DNA of 61,655 nt, counting the filler, from Vannella sp. (taxonomy: Eukaryota), in assembly GCA_023345925.1 (NCBI GenBank). It is 6 parts of 6 records of this genome, joined end to end, with 100 filler letters (N's around TTAATTAATTAA, not from the genome) between each part and the next. Parts side by side here need not be neighbours in the genome. Positions count along the whole stretch, not along the records: positions 29,862 to 40,706 come from JAJQQN010001051.1; positions 40,807 to 47,966 come from JAJQQN010001173.1; 4 more parts are not named here. One strand, written 5' to 3'. The position numbers and the translations under genes are program-made. How positions within the stretch are numbered: position 1 is the stretch's first letter; each line of letters begins with the position of its first letter. The notes beneath the pieces were generated by a model that saw nothing but the letters and a program-made list of their open reading frames with translations, made no database searches and was not told where the DNA came from. Below are positions 36,830-48,066 of the stretch, piece after piece.

Positions 36830-39138
36830 ATGTCGCACAAGGAGCAACTGTCTTTCGAAAAGACGGAGCTGTACTTCACTGATGAGGACCAGAAACGAAA
36901 GAAGGGACGCGCTCCTTCTGAGCAGACGGGTTTGTTGTCTGACGACCCCATCGATGAGAACCTGCCCGAGTGGGAGTCAAAGGAGAGCCTCCGTGATTGC
37001 TTGAGAAACCCTCGATCTTGGATGAGACACATCAAGGGACAAGTCACTCGCGAGCGCATCAAGATTGGAATCGTTCTCGTGTTTGTCCTCGCAGCCGCTG
37101 GTATGTTCTGTTTCTCAAAGGAAGAGGACGGCGAACTCCTTTCTCTTCGCGGTGTTTCTCACCTCCATCCTTTGGTACGTCCGCACTGGCACACACTCAA
37201 CAACTCCTGACTTCCTCCTCAGTACATCGACATCAAAGCCAACGATCAACGATCTGTCCTTGAAGCCATCGTTGGTGTTCAAGAAGTGGTCCTAGAAGAA
37301 GGGTTCCCAGATCCAACGTATGTTTACGTGTCAGTGCAAGGCAGAAGTCCCGAGTCTCCGTGGGTGACAATCAACGAAGTTTGGACTCTTGTGAGTGTGC
37401 TACAGCATTACGCGTTTATGGCTTGTTAACATGGACCCGCCTGTAGATGGCTTTAGAGGATGAGGAGCTCCGCCACAAGCTGAACGATTTTTACATCGAG
37501 TCTGAGCTTGAAGAATACCGTTGGAAGATCGAAACTAACTCTGACTTGCCTGTGGGGATATCCTTCCACTATCGTCAACTGTTCAAGGTTGTCCGTTACG
37601 AGGTTATCATCGCCGCCCTGATCCTGGGTGGGGTGTACATCCTCATTATCTTTGAGCTTATGCACCGTACCATTGCAGCTATGCTGGGAGGGTTCATTTG
37701 CCTTGGTTTCGTAGCAGTCATTCACGGACGCCCTGGGTTTGAAGAGGTCATCAACTGGATCGACTTCGACACGGTTGGTCTGCTCTTCGGTATGATGATC
37801 ATGGTGGGCATCTTCTCTGAAACAGGCTTCTTTGAGTGGAGCGCTATCAAAGCCTACAAGTTCTCCAAAGGCAACATCTGGCATTTGACGCTCATCCTCT
37901 GTATCTTCACTGCAGTTGTGTCTGCTTTCCTTGACAACGTCACTACCATCTTACTGATGACTCCAGTGACTGTTCGTCTGTGTAATGTGCTTGACATCAA
38001 GCCTCAGCCCATCCTTTTGGCCCTTGTGATGATGAGCAACATCGGTGGAACGGCAACTGCTATCGGAGACCCTCCAAACATCATTATCGTCAACGACCCA
38101 GACATTGCTCGCAGCGGAGTCGTCACTTTCATGTCTCTCTCCCTTCACGTAGGCCCTGGTGTCATCCTCGCTGGTGTTGTGGTCCAAATCTTCATCTACT
38201 TCATGAACCGAGGAACAGGCAGACGTAATCCACACGCTGCACGTCAAAAGGAGCTTCAGATTTGGGAGACTGCGCTGAAGAAGATCCCTGATGACGACGA
38301 GGATCAGCGCGCTGTTCGTCACCAACTGGAGTGTTACATTTCCACACTGCAGGGGGAGATTTTGGCCAACCCTGAGGGCAAAGAGCTCGCAGACGTGAGC
38401 GAGTTGGAACAGCAATACGTCATTAGGGACATTCCACTCTTCATCAGCTCTCTTATCGTACTGGGCAGCGTCATTCTCTTGTTCTTCCTTCACTCTTGGA
38501 TTCATGATGTGGTTGAACTATCTCTGGCCTGGATTGCAGTCATTGGAGCGATGATCCACTTGCTTGTGAGTGGCATTCACGATGTTGAAGAGATTCTCGA
38601 GAAGGTGGAACTCGGCACGCTCATCTTCTTTGCTGGTCTCTTTGTTCTCATGCACGGTCTTGACATTCTCGGTCTCATTGACTGGATCGGTGACCAGATC
38701 TACTCTCTCATCGTTCTCTTCCCTGAGGGCAAGGTGCGACTTGCTGGTGCCATTCTCTTGATCCTTTGGGTTTCCGTACGTTCCACTGTTTCTCCTCATC
38801 ACCTTGTTAACGTCCTCTAGGCCTTTGCGTCCGCATTCATCGACAACATTCCCTACACTACTGCGATGGTCCCCATCGTAGTGGCTCTTGCTGAGAGTGA
38901 CTTAGGACTACCTCTTGGGCCGTTGACCTGGGCTCTATGCTTTGGGACTTGCTTTGGAGGCAACGGGACGTTGATAGGAGCAAGTGCCAATGTGGTTGCT
39001 GTTGGTTTAGCAGAGCAGCAAGGGTTCCCCATCTCGTTCTTGACCTTCTTCAAGTTCGGCTTCCCTTCCATGATCCTTTCTGTTTCCACTGTCAGCGTTT
39101 ACATGCTCATCACGCACGTCCTCATCCCTTGGTATTAG
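36830..39138 (+). CDS. P-protein/OCA2-like (ArsB/NhaD superfamily) transporter (multi-exon)
   Basis: 'WIDFDTVGLLFGMMIMVGIFSETGFFEW', 'SAFLDNVTTILL', 'SNIGGTATAIGDPPNIII', 'SAFIDNIPYT' and 'GGNGTLIGASANVV'. Confidence 0.93.
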
Positions 39139-39216
39139 CCAACCAGCACGATGATCATGTACCATATCCATCGCTCGGTTCATAACAACTCGACCTTTAT
39201 CACCGTTCTCCTCTCC

Positions 39217-40102
39217 TTAGAAGTCATAGATGTACGACACCCACTCTGGGTTGTCAATGAAGGGGTTACGATTGCCCTGGATCTCGTAGATCTGGTTCTG
39301 GCGGTACATCTCGTCGTTACTGACTGGATCAAAAGCGTTCCATTGACGGAGGACGTCCTCCATCCAAGCGTTGATCTTCGCGTCATCGACACCTTCCTCG
39401 TTGCAGCACTTGAACTCAGTCATGTATCGGGTAGACATGTAGAAGTAGCCACGCGCCAAGTCGCCCTTGAGAGAGTCAGTCACCTCCCAGCAGGTGATCT
39501 CGCCAAAGTCGGTTGTGTTGCAAACGCCCAAGCGGCAACCGTTGTCAGTGACGTAGATCTCGCTACCCTTCTCAATAGATCCGTAAGGGTAGTCACCGCG
39601 ACGGTTATTGTCGTATCCGTCAGCAGGGAAGATGTGGTGAAGGTCGGTGTAGGCGTTTTGGTCTGCGCTTTCGCCTCCCCACCAGCTCTTGGGCCAAGAG
39701 TGCTCTCGATTGTAGCAGTCTCCTTCTTTCTTGTAGTTACCACATTGCTGGGTCTTGTACTTCCAGCAAGTGAGAGAGTAGATGTCATGGATTGTACCTG
39801 GAGGGCAGGTGCTCCAATGGCCATCAGTTTGGTTGAAGGCAACCCACAAGCCATCATAAGACACCTCATGAACATTTGTAGACACCAAATGAGACAGCTC
39901 GGACTGCAAGCAAAAAGTTCTTCGTCAGTCCCGGTCAAAAGCAGTCCTTCCCACTCACTTGGAAGGCAGATCCGCGCAGAGAAGTGTCAATTCCATTGTA
40001 GTAGTTTCCTGTGTACGGAGGAGGGGTAGAAGGAGGAGGAGGACCCGCAAAACGAAGTCCACAGGCCAACGCGGCGAAAAGGACCACCAAAAGCGCCCTC
40101 AT
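39217..40102 (-). CDS. Secreted endonuclease I family (His-Me finger) nuclease
   Basis: Signal peptide 'MRALLVVLFAALACG' and phase-0 intron 39904-39958. Motifs 'YNREHSWPKSW', 'DLHHIFPAD...N..R..YPYG', 'KGDLARGYFYM..RY' and 'QGNRNPFID.PE'. Confidence 0.92.
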
Positions 40103-40167
40103 TGCCAAAAATGATTTTTTAATGACAAATACAATTCGTTCATGTTTTCATTTCTATTTGGCGCGGG

Positions 40168-40488
40168 ATGGTTGGTGGAGCCGGCTGGGTGGCGTTGGGA
40201 GGAGTGTGCTGACAGGTGTGGCGATAGGATTACAAAGGGCAGAAGCTTGCTGACTTACTCATGCATCTGATCATGATCCTGGGAGGAGTACGTGGGGTTG
40301 GGACACGAAGGGACTAGGAAAGTAATCCTTGCGTGCAGGTGGTAGGCTGGGTGGTCGGCTTTGTGATGGAAGACGCCTGGTTAGCTTTCTACATTCTTTG
40401 CGGCTTCGTTGGGCTCACCTGCTTGGTCATTGTGCCCGATTGGCCTTTCTTCAACCGGAACCCATTGCCTTGGGTGAAACCGAATTAA
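40168..40488 (+). CDS. SPCS1: Signal peptidase complex subunit 1 (SPC12), absent from the ORF track
   Basis: Three exons splice to 'MDYKGQKLADLLMHLIMILGGVVGWVVGF...LVIVPDWPFFNRNPLPWVKPN*'. Confidence 0.9.
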
Positions 40489-40544
40489 GTTATAAACAAG
40501 CCTTCAAACAAATTTATTTATTTAGGGCCTTTTGCTGAAGGGTA

Positions 40545-40706
40545 ATGGAGGGCGGGCCAGGAGGAGGGTACAAAGGCTGTTATCTTCGGGGAGACTGGGG
40601 TAGCCTCTTTGCTTGTTTCATTGTTGCTTTAGCATATGGGTATACGTACTATGCTTTTGTATTCCTTCTCCTGTTGCCTCTGAATGAGACGCATCCTCTC
40701 CTCCAA
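40545..40706 (+). CDS. N-terminal fragment of a membrane protein (possibly a DHHC palmitoyltransferase), truncated by the contig end
   Basis: ATG-initiated ORF with hydrophobic 'FIVALAYGYTYYAFVFLLLLPL'. No catalytic motif is visible. Confidence 0.4.
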
Positions 40707-40806
40707 NNNNNNNNNNNNNNNNNNNNNNNNNNNNNNNNNNNNNNNNNNNNTTAATTAATTAANNNNNNNNNNNNNNNNNNNNNNNNNNNNNNNNNNNNNN
40801 NNNNNN
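40707..40806. other. Artificial contig linker
   Basis: N44-TTAATTAATTAA-N44. Confidence 0.99.
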
Positions 40807-40815
40807 TTCTTTTAA

Positions 40816-41023
40816 AATCGAAGATAAGATCTTTAATGCCCATTCACCAAGAATTCAACAATTACCAGAAGCATTTGTAGTTTCCTTGCATCGATGAGAA
40901 AATCGGGATAGCTTTCTTGTAATCGATGATGCAATCGAAGATGCGGTCTGGTGCTTCTGAACTTTCCCTAATCAGGTGCTGGTCATTTCATCGGTGCAAA
41001 GAACCGATGATACAATCGAAGAT
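40816..41023 (+). repeat. Cluster of ATCGA-core motifs including an imperfect 19-nt direct repeat
   Basis: cgatgatgcaatcgaagat (40924-40942), cgatgatacaatcgaagat (41005-41023) and aatcgaagat (40816-40825), plus further atcg motifs. Confidence 0.6.
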
Positions 41024-41085
41024 CGCGACCCCCAATTAGTAATAGTTAACTTGAGCCCGTGTTCCTCATTATTCTTTCACCACCC

Positions 41086-41355
41086 ATGAAGCCAAGAGAC
41101 TCCGTTGAAAAGACAATGATCAGCCACTTCAAGCTAGATGGTGTCAAACGCAAGAGCAGATCAAAAAAGGCGGTGACTTATTCCCTCGACAACCAGAAAC
41201 CTGTTCGCTGGAGTACCACTCCTTCTCCTTCGCCTTCTCCGTCCCCTTCACCGCCCCCTCCTTTACCATCGACCTCGCCTTCCCCTACACCTCCAACACC
41301 ATCCTCTCCCCCCAAATCCCCAGAACGAATGGATATCCAGTTCCTTCTGAATTAG
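41086..41355 (+). CDS. Small basic, Pro/Ser-rich protein ending in MDIQFLLN
   Basis: 89-aa ORF with 'KRKSRSKK', an (SP)n tract and a C-terminal M-x-I-x-x-L-L-N motif. Confidence 0.55.
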   Translation: MKPRDSVEKTMISHFKLDGVKRKSRSKKAVTYSLDNQKPVRWSTTPSPSPSPSPSPPPPLPSTSPSPTPPTPSSPPKSPERMDIQFLLN

Positions 41356-41459
41356 GCATAGTTTTGCCGCGATCGGCCTTTTTATGTATTATTATGAGTT
41401 AACGGTAAATCCTTTTTGTTGAAGGATCATTCATTTGGGGAAGTTGGGCTTTGGACCGC

Positions 41460-43934
41460 ATGGGCGAAGCGCTTTCGCCTTTCTTGGTGCGGAAGCTCAA
41501 CTACAACTTTGAGTCTTCCGCCACCGCTGTAAACGAGGCGATTCGTGGAGGGGAAAAGAAGAAAGGAGTGACACCGTTCCGTGCGAAGGATGGGGGCTCC
41601 AATCGCAACCAGGCCCTGAGGACGCTTCTTTTCTACTCCAGCTCCCTCGCGGTCTCTGAGAGCATGACGTGCCGTAAGTTCCATGGGAATACACTGCGCT
41701 TTTGAACTGCGCTGATATGTAGCTTCCACCAGTGCTGAGCCACAGCGATAAGATCACGCAACGCCTTGCTTACTACCACCTCAATTGCCAGCGAGAGTTA
41801 CTTCAGGTGAGTATCATGGAAGGATAGTCGATGTCCTTACTCTTGTTTTAGAACACAGAAGTGGCTCTCCGCTGCTACCAAGCGGAAATTAATGAGAAGG
41901 AGGTGGCCCGCCGGCTGTACTGCCTGCGAACGTTCTCCCATTTGGTCGAAGGGGACTCTCCCACGGGGAAAGAAATCGTCAAGTTCGTTCAAGAGAGCTT
42001 GGAGCCTCCCCAGGCCGCTTCGAAGGTACAAGGAGGCCTTGAGTATGATTGGTGGCCTTTGCCTGACCAAGGGAGTAGAAGGACGCTAAGAAGAACCTCG
42101 CTAAGGACCTTATTACACGCCAAATACTTCAATCAGGGACTCTCCTGGCTCTACGACAGCTCAATCTTTCACAACTCCCGCCGTCCCTCCTTCCTGTTGG
42201 TGGAACTCTTCTCTGTGAGGCACACTCACTGAAGGGACATAGGGGATCGTACAAGTGATTGAATCGGGAGAGAACCCAATCTCTGTGCGCCATGCAGTCG
42301 CCCTCATCAAGCAGTACGCTGAGGATGTATGAAGGCTCCGCTCCCACTTCTAGAGCTCCTCTGATACTTGGGGATGGTATAGGCAAAGCAGAGAGGCGAA
42401 GTGGCAGAGCTAATGCGAAAGTTCCTGCCCAGTGGGCCGCTCTCTAACACAGGAATCAAGTCCCGGTTAGCCGATGATACGATGGCGCGCGTGTATCTGG
42501 TACAGCTGTTCGCGTTCTTTGCAGATCCCGCCAATGGAAATAGCGTAGCACAGACAGAGTACTACGAAGGGATCTCCCATCTGTCGTGGGACGTCAGCCC
42601 TCGTGTTGCTTTCGAGGCTATCCATTGCTTGGCCCATCTGGGCTGGAGCCGCATGAGTGCTCACTCAATCACTATTCGTGAAGGAATTGAGGTTAGTGGG
42701 CCACAAAGAGGTGCCAGGAACCTTACCAATGCCACAAATAGTATCTCCATGGGGTGGAAGAGACGCACACTCCCAAAAGGGCGCTTCATCGCCTCGTCAG
42801 TGAGCTCAACGAACACACAGCCAAGACGAGAAAGTCACAATGCGTCATCCACGCAACCCTTCGAGCAATCATTGCGGTGGGGCAGACTTACATGTCCTCC
42901 CCACAAGCCAAGGAGGAGAAGATCAACCCGCTAGCGATCCTATTTGGTCCTCTCAAGGGATTACTGGCGGACTGTCAAGATACGATCCGATTACAGACGC
43001 TGGTGGCGTTTATGTGGGTCTGCCAGCCTTTTGACGAGGCGCTGGTGTCTGGTATCTTGGAGAGGGAAATGCAGCAAGACACCATCACGGCAGCTATCTA
43101 TCAATCGGTCTTTGCCTCTCTCCATGACCGTGTTCTCGTGTCACCCGATATGGCGCAGATGGCACTCCGTTTGGTCCATGTAGTGGCAACCAGGCGCTCC
43201 GAGAAGGCACCTGCAAAGCCCATTGGACAACTTTGGACTTCAATCATCAGAGTGACAGCGGGAGGGAAAGCTTTGGTACAAAAAGTGAGTCTCTTCTCCC
43301 GCCCCGTTCCTTTCTCACAGAAAGCAGCACATTTTCTCGATCCTGGATCACTACCGCAGTGAAGACAACCACTCTTTCCTCAGTGACCTTCACCGCTTGG
43401 CATTTTACGTGCTGGGAAGGGAAGCCGTTCACATGGCGAACAGGACCAAAGAACCTGCCACGCTTGCTACTCCCTTCCTCCGCTCCATTGTGATGCGCTT
43501 GGAGCATGAATCGCTTCACGGATCTTGGGAGATCCGGAATATCTGTTTGGATGGACTTCTCCGCATCGGACTGGAGGCAAAAAGCATCGATCTTCGCTCT
43601 CACGTTCTCTCCTTTATTGGCTCCAATCCCGGTAGGACCAAGCTCCTCCGTAGGGTAGAGCGATGCTCACATCGATGCAGATGCCTGGGCAATCTTCCAA
43701 TCGGAGGCGCAATCAATGATTGGGTCCGTTGTGGAATGCCAATGCAAGTGGGAAGCCGCTGCTCAAGAGAATGCGAACATGCAGCTCACTGAAGCGCAAA
43801 GAACCTCTCGAGATAGTGAAGCCTCCCAGTTACTGCAGAAAGTGTCCATGTTCATCGCTCAAGGTAAAGTCCGCTCAAACTCGCATCCGCCGAATCTCAC
43901 TTTCCCTCTTCCAGACGGATTGAGTCTCTTTTAG
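41460..43934 (+). CDS. TSET complex large subunit TSAUCER (TASH3-like), multi-exon
   Basis: Segments resemble my recollection of plant TASH3: 'D.MARVYL', 'DVSPRVAFEAI', 'VIHATLR', 'SLHDRVLVSPDMA..LRL....ATR...K......QLW' and 'GSWEIRNICLDGL'. Confidence 0.78.
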
Positions 43935-44071
43935 TTCAAAGATCCTCGCTTCTTGGTGTTCTATTACACGAGATACAATGAACTGCCTTCCCTGAACCTC
44001 TTGTTCCGAGAGATGCCGGAAAGATAACGAAACTCGGCCAATTCCTTTCATTCTTGGGCCTTTGAGATAGC

Positions 44072-45185
44072 CTAACTGATGTTGCTCAGAGTGTTGCCAG
44101 CCCCACGAGGGTTATCATCACACCAATCATCCCATTCTCGCTGTTTGCGATACTTGGCGTCGTCGTCAGGGTCGGACTCCTCAGAATCGGACTCTTTCTT
44201 CTCTGACTCCGGGCTGCCAACTGTCAGTAAGTGTTCGCTTGAAGAGGGAGAGCCTACCCGCCACCGGTCTGCATGTGTTGTAGATCAAACTCGATCGCCT
44301 CCTCGATGCTCATCGTTGGCAGAGTCCAATGGGGGCGGAATACCTGGGCCCTGAGCTCTCCCTTTCGATCCCGGAAGATGGTCATACCATCCAGAGGGTT
44401 TGGCTGCGAGGTTGGTGAGCAGGGAAGCAGTCTTGCGCTCGGGGAAGTACCTTTTTGGGAGTGGAGGATGTGGGAGGCGGCGCATCACCACGTTGGAGTG
44501 CTGCAAGATGGTCTAGCATAGGTAGCTCCTGTTCGATCATGCGGATCTCGTTGAAGGTGTCGTGTACCGCCTGTTTAATCAGCGCCAGGAGGAGCTCTCT
44601 CTCGATCTCTTCATGGTCCGACCCTTCGTAGGCATCGATGCCTTGTGTCTTGATCACTTCGTCCTTCTTAGCAGCAAGGTACTCAATGCGTTGCCGGATA
44701 TCCTTCTCCTTGCGAGCACGAGCCACGAGAACCGCACGTTTGTCTCTAATTACCTCTTCCTTCTCTGCGTGGTCCCTTTCATCCCGAGAAAGGAGCTCAT
44801 AAGACTCACAAACAGAGATAAAGTTGCCGAAGAACAACTAAAGAGACAGGGGACCTCTCGGTTCAGTAAAGGAAGGGGAAAGGAGAGTAGGCCCTACCTT
44901 GGCCTTCTCCAGGTGGACTCTCCGCTCGGTCATTCGTCGTTGTTGGATGAGTGCTAAGTAGTATGGTACAAGAAAGTAGGGCATTGTGGCTGTGTTCACG
45001 TCTCGGATGGTCTCATTCCGAGAGAAGAGGCCCAACTCATTCACCCTCTGTCCCACTTGTTGGAAGAGGTCTTGGCACTCATCTACGAGCTTCTTGAACT
45101 CCTCTGAATCCCCTCGTAACCCAGACTCCTCCACTCGACACCAAGCCGCCTTGGCCGCCACCCACAACTCGCTGGGGGACGCCAT
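44072..45185 (-). CDS. IGBP1: TAP42/alpha4 PP2A regulatory protein
   Basis: 'LGLFSRNETIRDVNT.TMPYFLVPYYLA', 'EQELPML' and C-terminal 'WDDWCDDNPRGAGN'. Confidence 0.92.
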
Positions 45186-45290
45186 CGAATAATGGTACCC
45201 TGGGCGAAGGGGAGTCCCCTTCGACATGCACTTGGGCGGTAGGGACATGGAGACGAGCCTTTATCGAGTGCAAGGCGCTAGCAGAGCTTC

Positions 45291-47060
45291 TTAGATCCCA
45301 GACACGGCCCACTTGCGCTTGGAGTACTCGATGTTGGAGAGTCCGTAGCCGTAGCTGAAACATGCGTAGTACCAGAAGGTGTAGAACAGTCCAATCATGA
45401 AGATGATGGCAATGACAGAGCGGACACGGTGGAGGAGGGCCTCCAATTGCTTCCCTTTGTAGAAAAGGGAGAAGAAGAGATAAGGGAAGTCGTCCAACAC
45501 CAAGCAAACCATCAACATCCCGTAGAACTGAGCAGGGAGATGATGGTAGCTGTAAGTAGTACGTGCAACCAACGCGTAAGGCAGCAAGTTGGCTACCCAT
45601 CCTAGGAGGAAGAGGAAACCTGTCTTCAAGAAGCGGATCTCACGGCTGCTCAGAGCGTGGCTCACTCGAGAGCGGAGGAGAGTCAGCGCCACGGGGATGA
45701 AGCAGAAGAGTGCTCCTAAGATGGTGTAGCAGATGTAAACACTGCTGGTGATGAAGACGTGTCCATGCCAGTCCTCTTCCTCCTTGTGCTCGGAGTAAGA
45801 GAGAAGCGCGCCGCTTCCTACAATCCACTGGTACCAGTAGCTAGCATATGGATGAGCTCCCAAGCTGGCGCGGTTCTGTTCCAGCATGCGGTTGAGAAGG
45901 TAGAGAAGGTGCTTAGGGAAGGAAGGAGCAACGGCTTTGCGATCATAGTTGGAGTTGCCGATGATGAGTTTCTGGTGTTCCTCGTCAAGGTTCCAGTCCT
46001 GCTCCCCGCTGTGAGTACCCCACTTGATGTGGAAGTAGAAAGGTGCGATGAAGACAGCAGCAGCGATCAGAGCAGCGACAAAGCAGCGAATAAGGCCGAT
46101 AGGCGCTTTGTTGTTGAAAGCGGCGATGAAAGTGGCGAAGGCGATCCAAGCAAGGGAAGCCAAGGCAGTGAACTTGACACCAAACGCTGCACCACCAGAG
46201 ACAGCCGTTGCGACGGTCCACAGGTCACGAGCGCGCGACTTTGGTTCAGAATCCCAAAGCTGCAGGGCACAGTAGATCGATAGGATGATGTAGAAGAACA
46301 ACTGTGAGTCTGTCAAGACCAAGCGAGTCTCTGACAAGAGAAGAGGATCGCAGAAGACCAAAGCCGCCAAGACAATGCTGGTTTCCACTGAGAACTGGAA
46401 CTTGCGGCCAATCAGATACGCCAAGGGGACACTGAGAGTGCCGAACATGGCAGACACCTGTCGGTAATGAACGTACTCGGCTGGCTCGTTGTACTTGTCA
46501 AGCGGAGCTTTGGCGTGGAAGTCGAAAGTGCACTTGTTGCCGAGGGCCGTGCCGAACAGGTAGTGAGTGATCTTGGCAAGAGGTGGGTGAATGTCAAAGA
46601 CATAGACGCCGGTGCAGTACGCATTGGCAAACTGTCCGAAGTAGAACTCGTCGAATACGATTTCCTTGGGAGCGTCGATGGCGTGGTAGCGCGTGATGGC
46701 AGCTAGAACAAAGAGGACACTAACCAGGATGAGATCCTTGTTGAGGAACATGGAGCGACGAGCTGTCAGGATCGCGAGGGAGAGAACGACCAAAGTTAAC
46801 ACAGCGTACTTGAACACGATAACCTCGTCGTCTGTCATCTTGTCAAAGCCAAAGTCAAAGCGAGAAGGGATGTAAGGAGAGTTGGCGAGTTGGCACCAAG
46901 GACCAGGGAAGCCTGAGAGCCAAACACAACCACGTCCTGTACATTGCTGCTCGTTAATACCATGCCAACCGCAGTCCACATCCTTGTACTTTAGGTCCGC
47001 CGCAAACGACAGCCCACAAAGCGCTATCAAAACCACCGCGCTTGCAAAGCCCACGCGCAT
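45291..47060 (-). CDS. Protein O-mannosyltransferase (GT39/PMT) with N-terminal trefoil domain and no MIR domains
   Basis: Signal peptide, trefoil 'DCGWHGINEQQCTGRGCVW....GPWC', catalytic loop 'VFDEFYFG.FA..Y....FDIHPPLAK', 'ETRLVLTD', 'GVKFTAL', 'HPYASYWYQW' and 'NLLPYALVAR.TY.YHHLPA'. Intronless. Confidence 0.9.
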   Translation of the reverse strand: MRVGFASAVVLIALCGLSFAADLKYKDVDCGWHGINEQQCTGRGCVWLSGFPGPWCQLANSPYIPSRFDFGFDKMTDDEVIVFKYAVLTLVVLSLAILTARRSMFLNKDLILVSVLFVLAAITRYHAIDAPKEIVFDEFYFGQFANAYCTGVYVFDIHPPLAKITHYLFGTALGNKCTFDFHAKAPLDKYNEPAEYVHYRQVSAMFGTLSVPLAYLIGRKFQFSVETSIVLAALVFCDPLLLSETRLVLTDSQLFFYIILSIYCALQLWDSEPKSRARDLWTVATAVSGGAAFGVKFTALASLAWIAFATFIAAFNNKAPIGLIRCFVAALIAAAVFIAPFYFHIKWGTHSGEQDWNLDEEHQKLIIGNSNYDRKAVAPSFPKHLLYLLNRMLEQNRASLGAHPYASYWYQWIVGSGALLSYSEHKEEEDWHGHVFITSSVYICYTILGALFCFIPVALTLLRSRVSHALSSREIRFLKTGFLFLLGWVANLLPYALVARTTYSYHHLPAQFYGMLMVCLVLDDFPYLFFSLFYKGKQLEALLHRVRSVIAIIFMIGLFYTFWYYACFSYGYGLSNIEYSKRKWAVSGI

Positions 47061-47145
47061 CACACCCGGAAGGAAGACAACTGACACGTGTCACCACCTA
47101 AATCACCTGAATTGTCCTTTCTCGTGGAATCATTCAAATCCAACT

Positions 47146-47966
47146 TTATGGTCCAAGGGACGCCAAAAACGCGTCCAAAGAAGGCTCATTATCGAAAAGG
47201 TCGGTGGAAAGGGTGGGCAGAGGAAGGGAGGAAGCGGAACTGTTGGCTGTGGGAATCAGCTCAGTGACCTCGGAAAGGGTGGCAAGTTGAGAAGGGCTGC
47301 TGTCCGCAATGAGTTTGCGAAGCTTGGCGGGACGTTCTAAAGGTTTGACTCGTTCGAGGGCTTCTACGAAGTGCGAGAAGGCCGTATCAAGTGCTGGTTC
47401 TTCCTTCTCTTGCTTAGTCTCAAAGGGAGGGAGAAGGTTCTCCAGCGAGAACCCCTCGTATCCGTACAAGGGCGCAGTGGCGTGGTTCTCCATGAGAAAG
47501 TTCAATTGCGCCTGTTGCTGAGCTTGCTGAGCTTCAATACGCTGCAGAGCTTCAAGGACAAGGTCTTGTTTGGTTTGAGGAGGTCCATTGCGTGGGAGCT
47601 TCCTGCTTTTCTCTTTCTTCCTGAGGAGCACGTCAGGCTTGGAGATAACTTGGAAAGGTTCGCTGTAGACAGGTGGGATGTTCGTGAACTTCTTCTTTGT
47701 GACCATGTCTACCGCACAAAGGCGAATCTTGAAGTTCATGTCCTCATGGCGTGAAGAAAGCGCTTCTACGACGGTCTCCAGCTTGCAGGCACCTGTGCTC
47801 TTAGGGTTGACGAGCCCACGTGTTGTAAGTGGACGAGAGCGAACCTGAACAACTGGACGGTCTTCCGTATCCCCCTCATAAAGCAGCGTCGCCTCCAAGG
47901 TTATCTTGGTGAAGTCCAACCCGGTGCCTTGAGGAGCCTCCAGCAAGGCGGAGGAGACCACAGCAT
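47146..47966 (-). CDS. CudA-like transcription factor (5'-truncated)
   Basis: 'LEATLLYE', 'ALSSRHEDMNFKIR', 'YSEPFQVISKP', a coiled coil 'LEALQRIEAQQ' and 'AFSHFVEAL....ERPAKLRK', resembling the amoebozoan CudA family. Confidence 0.78.
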
Positions 47967-48066
47967 NNNNNNNNNNNNNNNNNNNNNNNNNNNNNNNNNN
48001 NNNNNNNNNNTTAATTAATTAANNNNNNNNNNNNNNNNNNNNNNNNNNNNNNNNNNNNNNNNNNNN
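47967..48066. other. Artificial contig linker
   Basis: N44-TTAATTAATTAA-N44. Confidence 0.99.

Noticed and set aside
39151..40029. Long antisense ORFs (also 3625-4278, 36288-37004, 48277-48876 and 49966-50547)
   Set aside because: Shadows of genes on the opposite strand, with no recognisable motifs.
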